DNA of 64,000 nucleotides from Eledone cirrhosa (taxonomy: Eukaryota): positions 62,496,001 through 62,560,000 of the forward strand of contig OZ024746.1 of the NCBI GenBank assembly GCA_964016885.1, given 5' to 3'. Positions 37,007 to 50,985 of this stretch are shown one piece after another. Position numbers and translations under genes: made by a program. The notes beneath the pieces were generated by a model that searched no databases, was not told the origin of the DNA, and saw only the letters and a list, made by a program, of their open reading frames with translations. Position 1 is the stretch's first letter; the number at the start of each line of letters is the position of its first letter.

Positions 37007-38984
37007 AGGAAAAAGAAAGATGTGAAGAAAACAAGGGAAAACAACAATAACAACCACACAAAAAAAAGTGGACAGAAAATGAAGTTTTTTTGTTTTTTTT
37101 TTTAAATGTAAGACAGGAATGAAAAGTAAATGAGAGAAAAATGTCCATTGGAACTATGGAGTAAACTGATGTGAAGTTGAGAGACAATATTTCTAGAATG
37201 ACGTCATTGTATATACTGGTAGTGTCTGAATGAGAGGGGGGGGGTGAGGAGGGAGGGAGGTGGAGATATTTGGCCCTTGGACAAATCTATCAAAAACATG
37301 GACTTGACAACACCATGGCAACTATTGGCAGCAGATTTTTGGGGGGAGTTTTTGTTTTTGTTTCTTTTTTTCTTCTTTGGTTTTCTTCTGACTCACAGAG
37401 GGAATTACCAAAGAGACAATGTTGAGAAGTTGCATGTAATATACAGTACATCAATTCTACTTAATGGTGGTGGTGGTGGTAGTTGTGTGGTCTTGTGGTG
37501 GTGGTGGTGTGGTGGCAGTAGTATGGTAGAAGTGGTGATGGTGTAGTCTTGTGGTGGTGACAGTGGTGTGGTGGTGGTGTGGTCTTGTGGTGGAGACAGT
37601 GATGTGGTATGGTAAAAGTGGTGGTGGTGTGGTCTTGTAGTGGTGACAGTGATGCTTTGATGGTGGTGGTGGTGTGGTGTGGTCTTGTGGTGGTAGTTGT
37701 CTGGTCTTGTGGTGGTAGTAGTGTGGTCTTGTGGTGTATTAGCAGTGATGTGTTAGTAATGGTGGTGATATATTTTGGAAATATTGAAATAAAAAATAAA
37801 TATTTTCCTCATTGACAACAGCATATGTGTGTGTCATATACACACAAAAAACACCAATGGAGAAAGTTTGGAATGCCATACAAATCTCCACTGTACTTCA
37901 TAATCAATTGAATTTAGAGGATGCAGGTTTATTTGGCTTGTCCCTTTTTGGAAAACTTCAGCATTTCCAGGCCTTTATTCAAAGCACTATGCCCTATGAC
38001 AGTAGATAAAAATATAAAACTATAGCTTACACACATACTAAAATCATTTAACTTTCGTTTTCCCTACTACCAAGGGTTGGACATGTTATCATAGACCACC
38101 AGTCAGTACTTAAGTGGAGCTTCTGGCCTCCAAGTGGGCCAAGTGTCCACACTCTACCAAGTATATTTTATCATATCCCAAACATTAGGGAAATTGTCAT
38201 ATCCTTGGCATAGCAGAAGAGCTTTCCTAAACCTTTGTTTAGAACGTTTTCTGCAGTTGGATGCTCTACCTATCACCAACTACTTTACAGATTATACTAG
38301 GTGTTTGTTTGTCATGTAGATCACAAACACTAGGGAGGTTCACTTGTCTACGGTTGGATGCCCTTCTTATCCCCAACCACTTTATGTGGGTACACATTCA
38401 TTCACACACCACCTTTATCACATAGCAAGCCGCACCATATAGACAACAACGATGCTATCACCTACAGTTAGACATGGTAATTATTTTTTTCTCTCAACAG
38501 AACCAAATACAATGCTATGCCAAGTGGCACTTATATCTTATTGTCATTAATATTTATATAGAAAGAAATCTGCAGAAGAATATCTATTCATTCCACAGAT
38601 CTTTGGTCAAAGGTCGCTGAAAATATGATCAATAATTCATTATTCTGAACAAGAAACTGCTGTAAGGTTAGAAAAAATTGTTGCACTTAAATAAAAGCTT
38701 TTTGTACTTTTATTATTTTGGGTTGTTTTTAAAAAAGAAAGATATACAAAATCTCAAACTTACCTGTGGACATATATATATAATTAGATAATTAGAATTA
38801 CTTGAAAACTACTACCAAGTTAAAGAATGAATGAATTAGAAGATAATCCAGATATTTTTAAAAGAAGCACTATATTAAAAGAAGTAGGGCAACATTGTAT
38901 GTACAGGGGTTGACATATGTTGCGTAAGTGGGTAAATAGTCATATTAACATGTTCCAGTTCTTTAATCAATGGAATGACCTACT

Positions 38985-39268
38985 TATTAACATGTAAGTG
39001 GCTGAGTATTCCACAAGCACATGTGTCATAATATGATTATAATTCTAAGGGAGATTCAACATCACACAGTATGACAAAGCTAGCTCTTTGAATTACAGGT
39101 ACAGTCCATCCAACAGGCTTCCATACAGTTTCTGTCTACCAAATTTCACTCGGGAGCCTTGGGTCGGTCCAAGTCTATGGTAAGAGACTCTTGGTTAAGA
39201 TACTATACAGTGGGATCAAACCTAGGACATCATAATGTGGAGAGAATTTCTTAACTATTCAGCCATGA
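38985..39268 (-). mobile_element. Degenerate tRNA-derived SINE of another family
   Basis: Minus strand CATGGCTGAATAGTTAAG...GGTTTGATCCCACTG...TTGGTAGACAGAAACTGTATGGAAGCC. Confidence 0.6.
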
Positions 39269-40186
39269 TAATGTGAATGCAGCAATGTTACATTTTATAT
39301 AGAGAGATTATATACATACATGTGGATATATGTGCATATGCATGCCCTTTTTCTCCTTTGCGTGATCCATTCACATGAAAGGCAGCAACCATGATTCTTT
39401 TTAAGGCCTCCAAGATTAGTAAAAAGAAGGAAGTTAGTTATTCTCAGACAAGAGACCTAAACCAAATGTTTGCATTAGTATATATTCTACTTAAGACATT
39501 CAATAATGAAACAGAGGTGTTCAACCAGCTAATGGATTATGTATACTATGAATGTTTGTAAATCCTTGTATTTGTTTGTTTATGCATATATACATGTGTG
39601 TATATGCATGTATGTATATATGTATGTATATATGTATGTGTGCGTGCGTGTGTGTGTTTTTATAACATCAGTTGGAATAATGAAATATTTCACTAGGTAG
39701 AATGGAAGAATAAACCAGACAGAGAATAACACAATGCAAGCAAAATGTGTAAATAACTTTGACAAACTAATTACTATGTAATACGCTAAAAGTACATTTT
39801 AATTGAGACTGTATAAGCTCAACAGGAAAAGAAGTGAAGTGAGAGAGAGGGAGAGAGAGAGAGGGAGGGAGAGGGAGAGAGAGAGAGACAGACCCCTGAT
39901 CAAGCAGACCTATGATCAAAGAGATTCTAGCCATAGTTGTCCCTCACCACCCCCAATAATTAGGTATACAAGATTATATAATCCTCCAATGTATGTGTTT
40001 AAAAGACTGTATGTAGAGTGTAATTACTTCAAGGGAGATGTGACTGCTACTTCTAACAGGTCAAGCAACCTCGTAGAGGCATCTTCCTTGCTCTGTGTAG
40101 GAAGAGGACAGAAATAAAATGACACAGAAATATGAAAGAAACAGTAGACAAACAAGAGACATTTTCAGAATGAGCAAGATTTTATA

Positions 40187-40243
<57 letters not shown>

Positions 40244-40248
<5 letters not shown>

Positions 40249-40440
40249 TGTTTAACCCCCGACGGCAGAGCTCAAGCCATTTCGACAGCTATTTCTGGAC
40301 TGAAATAGCCGTCAAAACAGCTTGAGCTCTACCATCGGGGTTAAACATTTTCCTATTACCCACTCTACTACCCTAAGTATTGACTACTCTGGTGCGTTAC
40401 GGTCCAACTGGTTCCTTACCACACTTCCTTCGTTATATAT
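40244..40440 (+). mobile_element. Palindrome-headed ~190-bp element in (TA)n, probably Penelope-like
   Basis: A ~105-bp hairpin with TGGACT loop, then a unique tail shared with 59578-59755. Confidence 0.55.
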
Positions 40441-40565
40441 ATATATTAGTCTTCAAATTTATTATTATTACTATATATATATATATATATATATATAAAT
40501 ATTACTCTTTTACCTGTTTCAGCCATCGCCCTTGATGTATGTATGCGTGTATGTATGTATGTATG

Positions 40566-40633
<68 letters not shown>

Positions 40634-40925
40634 TATGTGTGTGTGTGTGTGTATATATATGTATGTATATGTATGTATGTCTGTGTGTATATATATATAT
40701 ATATATGCATATATACAACACATACAGGATGTCTACAAAAAATGTATACAAATATTTATTAGAATTCTGTTGAGGTGTGTATACGTTTTTTGGGGACAGG
40801 CATTGCTTGTCCAGGAACTGTTACAGGTTCGTGTGGCTGGCGGGAGCCTAAAAGTGCACCAAACTCTATAATTTGACAAGCGATTGCAATACTCTTAGCA
40901 GAGTTTGCAGCCATCATGTGTATAT

Positions 40926-41271
40926 ATCATCATCATCATCATCATCATTTTACGTCCCCTTTTCCCTGCTTGCAAGGGTGGGACGGGAACTGATTCTGGC
41001 TTGATTTCTACAGCTGGATGCCCTTCCTAACACCAACCTCATTTACAGTGAGTGCTGGGTGCTTTTTTGCCGTGGCACCTCCACGACCACTTTGTAGTGG
41101 AATGATAGGGAACCCAGTCCCTATCATCTCATTTCTACAGCTGAGTGAGTAAACTGGAGCAATGTGAAATAAAGTGTCTTGCTCAAGGAAACAACACATC
41201 ACCCGGTCTGAGAATTGAACTCACAACCTTTCGATTGCAAGGCCAATGCTCTAACCACTAAGCCATGTGCC
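40926..41271 (-). mobile_element. tRNA/CORE-SINE with RTE tail (copy 2)
   Basis: Near-identical to 2591-2933 and flanked by (TA)n. Confidence 0.9.
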
Positions 41272-41283
41272 TATATATATATA

Positions 41284-41958
<675 letters not shown>

Positions 41959-42711
41959 ATCATACATACATATTCAAATATACATATGTATGTGTGTATA
42001 TATATTTTAGTGTGTGTGTGTGTGTGTGTATGTGTGTGTGTATGTGTGTGTGTATTGTTATAATCAAAAATATAGCTAGAAAAATTAGTTTTAAAGCATT
42101 TTTAATACCTTACACGTGTTTCTAGAGTAGTGTGAATATATGTATTATACATAGAATTACTGATAGGATGTTATGTGTAATTCGTATATTTCTGAAACAG
42201 TTTGGCAATTAAATACTATCATGTATAATTCTCTACATACCATTGAGTTATATACCTTTGCTATATATAGTTATATAATTATCCACTTGCTGTTGAAATG
42301 GCATGAGCTCAACTGTTGGGCACTAACTATTTACAATACATGCACTCTACTTTCCCAAGTTTCAAGTACTTAGCTGAATATGGTGTTACTAGTCTAAACT
42401 GGTAACTCCAAATTTATCTATCTATATTTATATATGCAGCAAAAAATGTTCGTGGGAAGGAAGGAGAAAAGGCAGTCAATCTAGTACATAGATGAACTGA
42501 AGTCTACATGCTCAGTTGACTTGCTAGAAACAACAGTTATATCCCCTTCATATATATACCCAGATACATTCGTTATGACTAGAAAAATATAATGAAATTT
42601 TCACCTAGAGTTAAATGACCACAACAACAATACATGGAAGAGAGACAGACAGACAGACAGTGAAATTCAGAGAGACAAGTTACTAACAATTTGACTTTAA
42701 CAACCACAGTA

Positions 42712-42767
<56 letters not shown>

Positions 42768-42989
42768 ACGCATAAACACACAGTTATTAAATTACTCATA
42801 GCACCTTCCATAATTATCAAAACCGCCAACCAATCCCCACTCGGATGTTTAAGGTTAACATCCACCACCATCACCAGTACCATTATACCATTTCATTTTG
42901 CCATAAAATTTACCACTACCACCACCACCACCCGTAGTCACCATGACCTCTACCATAATCCTTTCTACAATATCACAAGGACAGTAATG

Positions 42990-43162
42990 GCAAAGACCGA
43001 TACAGGTTGGTACCAGTGACGTCGCAACTCATTTCTACAGCTGAATGAACTGGAGCGACGTGAAATAAAGTGTCTTGCTCAAGAAGACAACGCAAATCCT
43101 GGTCCAAGAATTGAACTCACAACCTTCACGATTGTAAGCCCGACGCTCTAACCACTAAGCCA
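42990..43162 (-). mobile_element. tRNA/CORE-SINE, different 3' part
   Basis: Same tRNA head and CORE block, followed by GTTGCGACGTCACTGGTACC instead of the RTE block. Confidence 0.8.
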
Positions 43163-43388
43163 TTATTCTCAATTAAATGTTAACCATCTTTCATGCCATC
43201 ACTACACTGATAACCAAACACCTATTGTTGTGCAATACATTATTCCATTATAACACTCCTTGTCTCATAATTCCAACACTAGAATTCTATAAACTACAAT
43301 CACATATAAAATTAGATCAAATTAATCATGTCCTACTAGTATCACCATGGTAATAACACCTTAGCACTCTCCATTTTTAAAAAAAAGG

Positions 43389-43715
43389 TGTCACAACACA
43401 CTCCTTTTTTTATAGTGTCACAACTCTGCCCTTCTCTTAAAATGTCACAACCCTCTCCCCGCTTTTAAAGTGACACAAGACACTCATTTTTAAAATGTCA
43501 CAAATCACCCCCTTTTTTAGTGTCACCACTCACCCCTAATTTAAAATGTCTCAACACCCTTTTTTTTTTATAAGGGTCACAACACCGGGTTTTTTGCAAT
43601 GTGTCATGACTCTCCTGTTCATAAAGTGCCGCACCCCCCCCCCCTCACGACTCACCCTCGTTTTTTAAAGTGTCACAATACCCGCCCTTTTTTCTAAATG
43701 TCACAACTCTCTCCC
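43389..43715. repeat. Degenerate 25-28-bp tandem array with conserved TGTCACAA
   Basis: About 13 units of TGTCACAA, then a C-rich stretch, a T run and AAA/AAG. Confidence 0.8.
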
Positions 43716-44051
43716 GATCTATATGAATAAGATAACACCTAAGACCACAATCAACCCCAATTAAGTCAAGAAAAGTAGAAAGCTGGCTTAGACTATATGG
43801 GAGAAGATGATCCCCAGAACACAACCCAGAAAGTGGATTTATTTCTTAATTAGTTCATTATGAGATATTATTCAGTAAACCATATATAGTCACTTGAGCT
43901 TAATTAGTAATGATCTTTCCACAGTAGATTTAATATAACAGTAAAGGATATTAACATAATTGACTAATGGTAACTAACCATCCGTAACAACCATATAATA
44001 CATAGCAAGCATTATTAATGTTACAAGCTATCCATAATATCATCAGCATCA

Positions 44052-44420
44052 TCATCATTTTTCATGTCTCCTTTCCATGTTGGCATGGGTTAGACAGGTT
44101 ATTACGGTCCAAGTTAGTGTTTATTCAGTGTTAGTAACCTCCTAGATTAATTGGGGGACCACATCTTAACCTTACAAACTATCTATACTATCATCATTTG
44201 TATGTCCTCTTTCCATGTTGGCATGGGTTAGACAGGTTATTACGGTCCAAGTCAGTGTTTATTCAGTGTTAGTAACCTCCTAGATTAATTGGGGGACCAC
44301 ATCTTGCTCATGTGTTCCAATGTTTTCTATGGTCCCTATGACTGGATGCTGTTCCCAACACCAACCAGCTAATAGTATATTGAAAACATTTTAGCATGGC
44401 GCATGCACTAAAGTGGTTGT
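44052..44420 (-). mobile_element. Degenerate RTE-tailed element with ~115-bp tandem duplication of its 3' end
   Basis: 44052-44167 is repeated at about 44191-44305; GGATGCTGTTCCCAACACCAACC follows. Confidence 0.6.
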
Positions 44421-44941
44421 CATGTCCTTGATAAAAATAAGCATCTCTCTCTATCCTATGTTGTCTCTAATAAACCACCAGCCACATTACAGAGTGTACT
44501 GGGTGCGTCTTTTAATGAGGTACTAAAATTAATTTGGGGTTTTTTTTTTTAAACAGTGGAGCAAGATTTCAGAGAAATTTGAGTGCTATGTCTAGCAGAT
44601 CAAATGACCACATTGTAGTTCTATCATTGCCTGGATAGTATGCATGCATATTTATGTATATGTGTGTGAGGGAAGGAAGATATCCTCAAACCATAGACCT
44701 GGTTCAAATGCTTGCAATAGAGCGGATCCCCCCCCCTCTCCCCGCTGAAGGCACACAAGGACCAGGTGGTAGTGCTAAACAGGAGAGGGGGGCATGTCTA
44801 CCACACAACAGCTGGTTAGTCTGTATTAAAAAGGGACAACATATATTTCAACAGAGATATCTTCATAATCATTAATGTAAAACCCACCACAACCACCACC
44901 ACCAACAGCAGCACTGCAATGGCATACATTGGGGCATAGCT

Positions 44942-44992
<51 letters not shown>

Positions 44993-45028
44993 GGAGAGAG
45001 AGAGTGTGTGTGTGTGTGTGTGTGCGTG

Positions 45029-45067
<39 letters not shown>

Positions 45068-45279
45068 GTGTAAAGGAGAGAGAGAGAGCGCGTGTGTGTG
45101 TGTGTGAGTATGTGTAAAGGAGAGAGAGACAGAGAGACAGAGAGAGAATGAAAGAGGGAAGAGAGAGGAAAGAGATCCAGGCGCTGCACAAATTCCTCAT
45201 GTCATTCACCTAATGTAGGTAATTAAGAGTTAAGAGACTGGCATAAAAGGTGAGTGAGTGGGAGTTAAAGGGTGTGTGT

Positions 45280-45348
<69 letters not shown>

Positions 45349-45943
45349 CGGTGGGGGTACTTTGTGTACTTTCCATAAGCTTCATTGTAAAGTGACCGAT
45401 GCTAATAAATAAATTTAAAAAAAAAACAACAAATTATAGACACACACACACACACCTAGTGGGTAACATAAACAAGACAAAAATAAACTATATATATTTA
45501 TATAGGAAAATAGTCAGGACCCCAACGGCTGAGCTCCGGCCGTTTCGACAGCTAGATCCGAACTAAGCTACCAGTGTGTGGTGTGTGTGTGTGTGTGTGT
45601 GTGTGTGTATTTATTAAAATAACAGATTAAAGTTTAAGCAAAGAATCGCTGCTTGAATCTGTTATTTTAATAAATATTTGCTCTACGGTTCTTATATATT
45701 TGATATATATTTATCCTTATCGAGCCCTCTTTGGATTTTAGTCTTCAAATTTATTATTATTACTATATATATATATATATTATATATATATAATATACAG
45801 TGTCCCCCCCCCAAAATGTATACACACTTCAACAGCATTCTAATAAATATTGCCAATACAGGTAATCAATGTATACATTGGGGGGGGGGGGGACACATCC
45901 AGTCTGTGTGTGTGTGTGTGTTGTGTGTGTACAGGGTGCCCCG

Positions 45944-45988
<45 letters not shown>

Positions 45989-46181
45989 CATACACATAAA
46001 CAAAAGCAGCTCATATACATGTAATAGCAAAACAAATGGAAGACAGACTGGCGCGCACACAAACACACACACACACACACACAAAATACACCATATGAAA
46101 AGTACAGAGAACGAAACTCCTGCCTCGTGAGTAGCTGTGAGAGCTTTACAGTTATAATACGTGTGTGTGTCTGTGTGTGTG

Positions 46182-46221
<40 letters not shown>

Positions 46222-46521
46222 ATATTGAAGGTTGCTGCCACAGCAGCCTAAACACTATCACACGAACCCATCACACTATGACCTAGTAAACAGACTTAGT
46301 GAAAGAGGTTACCATGGCAACAACACAATCAAGTACCACCAAATGAAGTGGCAGTGCTAGTGGTGGTGCAGTGACTGTGTAAAATGACTACTTGGTATTT
46401 TAAAGTGGGTAGGGTGGTGAGAGAAAGGAGGACAAGCGGGGAATTATGAACAAACAACAAACCCGAGAGTGATTTTACTTGAGTGAGAAAGATTTGACTA
46501 TTACGACAAACACACACACAT

Positions 46522-47720
46522 ATAGATAGATAGATATCTTTCTTTATTTGCCACAGGGGCGCATAAAAATGGGACATTACAAGACGTGACGGCGGGGGTT
46601 TTACATAAAATCTTTAACAATCATAAATAACAATAAACTATATAAAAATAAAACAATTGAAATCTAAATTGATCAGAGCCCCACCGAAGCCAGGTTTTAT
46701 ACCCTACCCTCTCTATGATGTATCGTATGAGGTGGAGGTTGTCGTGTATGGACCTGGTCGGGATTGCACACGTTTGCGCTTCCCCTACCAGGTTCTCGAC
46801 GACAAACGCCAGCCTCGTTGCTAACACCTCGGCCAAAATATTTAACTCTGCGTTGAGTAGAGTTATGGGCCTGAAATTGCTTATCTCATCCTCCTTGTTC
46901 ACATCTTTTCTGATCAGCGTTACTACGCCTCTGCCTACAGAACTGGGAATCCTCACGTTCTGCTGCCAGTTGCAGTAGAACGCTTCGAGGACGCCAGAGA
47001 ACAAGTCTGGCATGCCTATGTAAAATTCATAGGTTAGACCATCTAAACCGGGTGATTTGCGTTTCCCGCAGCGGCCTAGGGCATCTTCTATTTCGCCTGC
47101 TGTGATCGGTCTTTCGCAGCACTCTGCATCCGTGCTCGAACAGTTGTGCAAAGTGCTGCTGGAAGGCAGTGCACATCTGCTTGGATTCAAGTAGAATGCG
47201 TCCATCTTTGTCTTGCAAAGACCGAATCGTGGATTTGTTGCCACTTTTCGCCTCTGCCACTCGAGCCCAGCTAACAGCTTTGGCTCCCTCGTTTCTTCTG
47301 ACAATACAAGCTCCGTGTTTCACGTTGAAGAACTGGTCTAGTGCCGTTCTCACCGCTAGCACGTCAGCTGTACTGCCATTCCTAAGTGCTTCTTCTACTT
47401 TAGCTACCAGTTCCTTTTCAGTTTTGTTTTTTTCTAAAGCTACTTCCTTGCTAAATGCCATCGATTTTATTCTAATTTCTCTCTTGAGAGAGCTCCACCA
47501 CCTGTTGTTGACGATGGCTCCCGTCAACTGGCTCTTAACTAAGGTGCTAATCCGTTTACTATAGGTCTTACGCGCCGAGAGCGACATGTTTAGTTTCCAG
47601 TATCCGGGTCCCTGTCTATGTGTTCTAGATGGATAGATAGATTTCTTTATTAGCCACAAGGGCGCAACAAGAAAAGGGGACAATACAAAGACATGCCGGG
47701 TTCTAGATGGATAGATAGAT
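46522..47720 (-). mobile_element. Tx1/L1-clade LINE remnant (ORF2 fragment, frameshifted, internally deleted) plus a second 3' end copy
   Basis: GPGYWKLN, KSPGLDGLTYEFY, NFRPITLLNAE, QTCAIPTRSIHDNL, GGALINLD. Each 3' end has AATAAA followed by (TATC)n. Confidence 0.88.
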
Positions 47721-47838
47721 AGATAGGTAGGTAGGTAGGTGTGTGTGTGGTACACTAACATGTAATACATACATATATGTTTCACATACAACACACGAAC
47801 ATCTGCAAGTAATAAGCATAATCACATATACGTATGCA

Positions 47839-47872
<34 letters not shown>

Positions 47873-48221
47873 AGGTGACCCAAAAAATGTTTACAAAGTT
47901 TGATTACCTGTACAGGCAATATTTATTAGAATGCTATTGAAATGTGTATACATTTTTTGGTATACCCCGTGTGCGTGTGTGTATATATATACACACATAT
48001 ATATATATATACATATATATATTACACGCACACAAATATTTAAGCTACCCACAAACATACTAGATTCCCATACATATAGAACTTACACATAAGCACATAC
48101 ACATGTATATATAAGCTATATACACACACACATATACACTACTCAAAAACATACTAAATTCATATATACGATTTATCCATAAACACACATTCATATATTA
48201 TATACGCGCACGCACGCACGC

Positions 48222-48266
<45 letters not shown>

Positions 48267-48329
48267 CTTCACACACACGCGTACAAATACATATAATGGT
48301 TAACACACAGAAGCCAATGATAAATTCCC

Positions 48330-48525
48330 CAGACAGTCGTTTGACTCACTAAAAATAGCAGCCAAATATTCCTCAAATTACGCCCTACAAGCTATAATAT
48401 TGAAAGGTCATATTAGAGGGGTAGCCCTATATAATCTTAAAAGAAGGGTCACAGTTAGAAGACCTTACATCATAAGTCTACTCAGACAGGTTCGACTTGG
48501 GGCTAAACAATAACACCAACAACAT
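48330..48525 (+). repeat. Old dispersed repeat family (GCTAGAAATAGCAGCCAAATC...GGCTAAACAACAAC), class uncertain
   Basis: Related segments at about 3320-3550, 7400-7620, 9470-9620, 25330-25570, 28340-28433, 29065-29270, 39895-40090, 55340-55600 and 55990-56250. The (AAC)n end suggests a retroposon. Confidence 0.55.
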
Positions 48526-48997
48526 ACAGCTTTTATGTGTAAAAATGTGTAAAGAATTATTAAATAGTGTACAATTAAGAGATAAAAATAATGTATAGCT
48601 GTTTATACATTCACACACACATATGTATGTCTCTCCCCCTCTCTCTCTCTCTGTTAACAGAAATAACAAAGCAAACAATACAGTACAATGAAGAAATATA
48701 TTAGTTTAAGGTTTGATATGATAGGAAAAGAGTCTTTACGTTTTGGACACTAGTCCTTCAGAAGAAGAGAGGAAGAAGAAATAAAAGATGAAATAGAAAG
48801 ATAGAGTGAGAAGAGGAAGAAGCACAAAAAAAATGTTTTTGAGAAAAAGCACGTGTATTCAGACGGGCATTTTAAAGAAATGTCAAATATTCCCTGCTTC
48901 CAGCAATTTTTGTTGCACATTTACATACACAATCTGTTGTCCACTCAGTTCTAGTTGTAAATTTTCGCCAGTAAGACACCAGTAGATTTTTCCTGTC

Positions 48998-49255
48998 TTG
49001 CCCAGTCGGATTAAACCCAGATGGTCAACTTGGCAATATGGTTGAAACATTTGCCCAAGGTCCTGCCCAGTTGGGTTGATCCAAGAAAGTCAACTTGGCA
49101 ATATGGTAGAAGACACTTGCCCAAAGTTCTGCCCAGTCGGATTAAACCCAGATGGTCAACTTGGCACAATGGTAGAAGACACTTGCCCAAGATCCTGCCC
49201 AGTTGGATTAAACCCCAAACCATGTAAATGTTAAAACAAGCTTATTAACCACATT
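48998..49255 (-). repeat. SINE head amplified as a ~65-bp tandem repeat (3-4 units)
   Basis: Repeated TGCCCAGTCGGATTAAACCCAGATGGTCAACTTGGC...AGAAGACACTTGCCCAAG. Confidence 0.65.
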
Positions 49256-50845
49256 GATATAACTGTGTCGAAATAAATATTAAGATTCATGTGGCACTAA
49301 CACACTGGTCAATAATATATACATATTTATACAGTGATATGATATGTAGCAACACTCATGCCTTTCCCAAGCAATTTATAATAAAATCATCCCCCAACAA
49401 TTAAACAATGGGGTATGAATTCTTTATCCAGTCTTGTTTTATTTTGAGGTAAAATCTTTTAACTCTCGAATATTATTATCATTATGGCCAACACAAAACC
49501 TTATCAGTTTCCTTAAATTCTGGATATTATCCATAACCTTATTATTGTTTTTCTTACATTACTTTTGAAAGAAAGCAGATTTTTCTCCGAAATTTGGCGA
49601 CCTTTCCTAAAATTTATCTTAAATGCTCACATAACTGGTTTTGAAAATTATTTTCCTATTGCCATGGAGACAGCAGGAGTTGGACAGAGGTTATAAAATG
49701 ATATTTCTTTGATGTTTCTAGTTACAAAATTTGATTATACAGACTTTGTAACCAAAATAATATCACCAAACATTACCAATCTAATGTATGCTTTGAGTTG
49801 CATGGCAACAATTTTTTATCCATTTTGAAAAATATTTGACATTTCATTGTTGTTATTTCATTATTAGCATACATGGCAAAGGGAAATAAATGACAGCACC
49901 TATATCCCTGCAAAGTTTCATGATCATAGCCTTAGTGGTTCTGGAAAAATGTTGAACACTATAAAACTACTAAATGTAAACACATCTGTATTCAACTGAT
50001 GATGTTATAAAAAAAAAAAAAAAATGATGTCAGCAACAGTTTTATAATACAGAAATGTTTGTCTATCAATGATCTATACTTGAGCCAAGTTTCACTGTTA
50101 TAACATTAGTGGTTCTGAAATAAAGCCCCTAATAGACCCAAGTTTTATAAGGTTAATCTTCTGTCTACAGTCTTAACCACATGAAATAATATTATCAAGA
50201 TATTTTTGAAAGTACAAAGCAGCCCAATAACTACTTTATATTAAAAATTAAAGTGTTTTCTCTAATACCATAATTTTTACAACAATCCATCTGTCCACTA
50301 ATAAAGATGCTATAAAAATTTGAATTAACAAAGCCATTTTGAAATATTTTCTACTAAATCATTGCAGGATATTAAGAGTTAATTAGTTTAACTGCAGGCA
50401 GGAGTTAAAGGAAATAAAACCTTATCGTACTCTAGAATCCTCTCCCATGGGGAGATTTCATCCCATCTGCTTAAGCGAAATTGGGCAACAATATTATAAA
50501 ACGTTGTTGTCATTGTCATTGTTATGTTAACTTCATCAGCTAGAGAAGTCTTCTCTATCATTTTGTAACCCTTCTCTCTTAATGAGAGGTTTAACCTCTT
50601 GGGATCAGGTTTCACCATTTCTTCCCTAAATCTCCCTCTTCCAAATGATCCCTCCACATGGACAGCCTGACATCTAGTTATTCAACTATTGTCCTCCAAA
50701 CATTTAATGTGTAAAATACAGGGTGTCCCAAAACAATGGACACACACTTAAAGAGCATCTTAATGAATATTGCCTGTACAGGTAATCACAGTGTGTGTAC
50801 ATGTATTTGGAACACCCTGTGTGTTTGTGTGCGTGTGTGTATTTG

Positions 50846-50985
50846 TGAAGGCGTGTGGCTGACTGGTTAGAGAATTGGATTCACAATCTTGAGGTTGTGA
50901 GTTCGATTCCTGGACCAGGCGATGTGTTATGTCCTTGAGCAAGACACTTTATTTCATGTTGCTCCTTCTACCTGGAGTTGCGATA
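50846..50985 (+). mobile_element. tRNA/CORE-SINE 5' part
   Basis: GGCGTGTGGCTGACTGGTTAG...GAGTTCGATTCC...CCTTGAGCAAGACACTTTATTTC. Confidence 0.75.

Noticed and set aside
36605-37187. Poly-Lys, poly-Glu, poly-Ser and poly-Phe ORFs
   Set aside because: Translations of a (GAA)n tract.
43389-43715. CRISPR-like repeat-spacer appearance
   Set aside because: The constant part is only about 8 bp, the spacers resemble each other, the context is eukaryotic and there are no cas genes.
49550-50157. Possible old DNA transposon remnant ending AAGGTTAA
   Set aside because: No matching left terminus or second copy could be identified in the window.
50420-50700. Possible LTR-retrotransposon RT remnant (VKPDPKRL)
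   Set aside because: Only one short motif, with no supporting RT motifs or LTRs.
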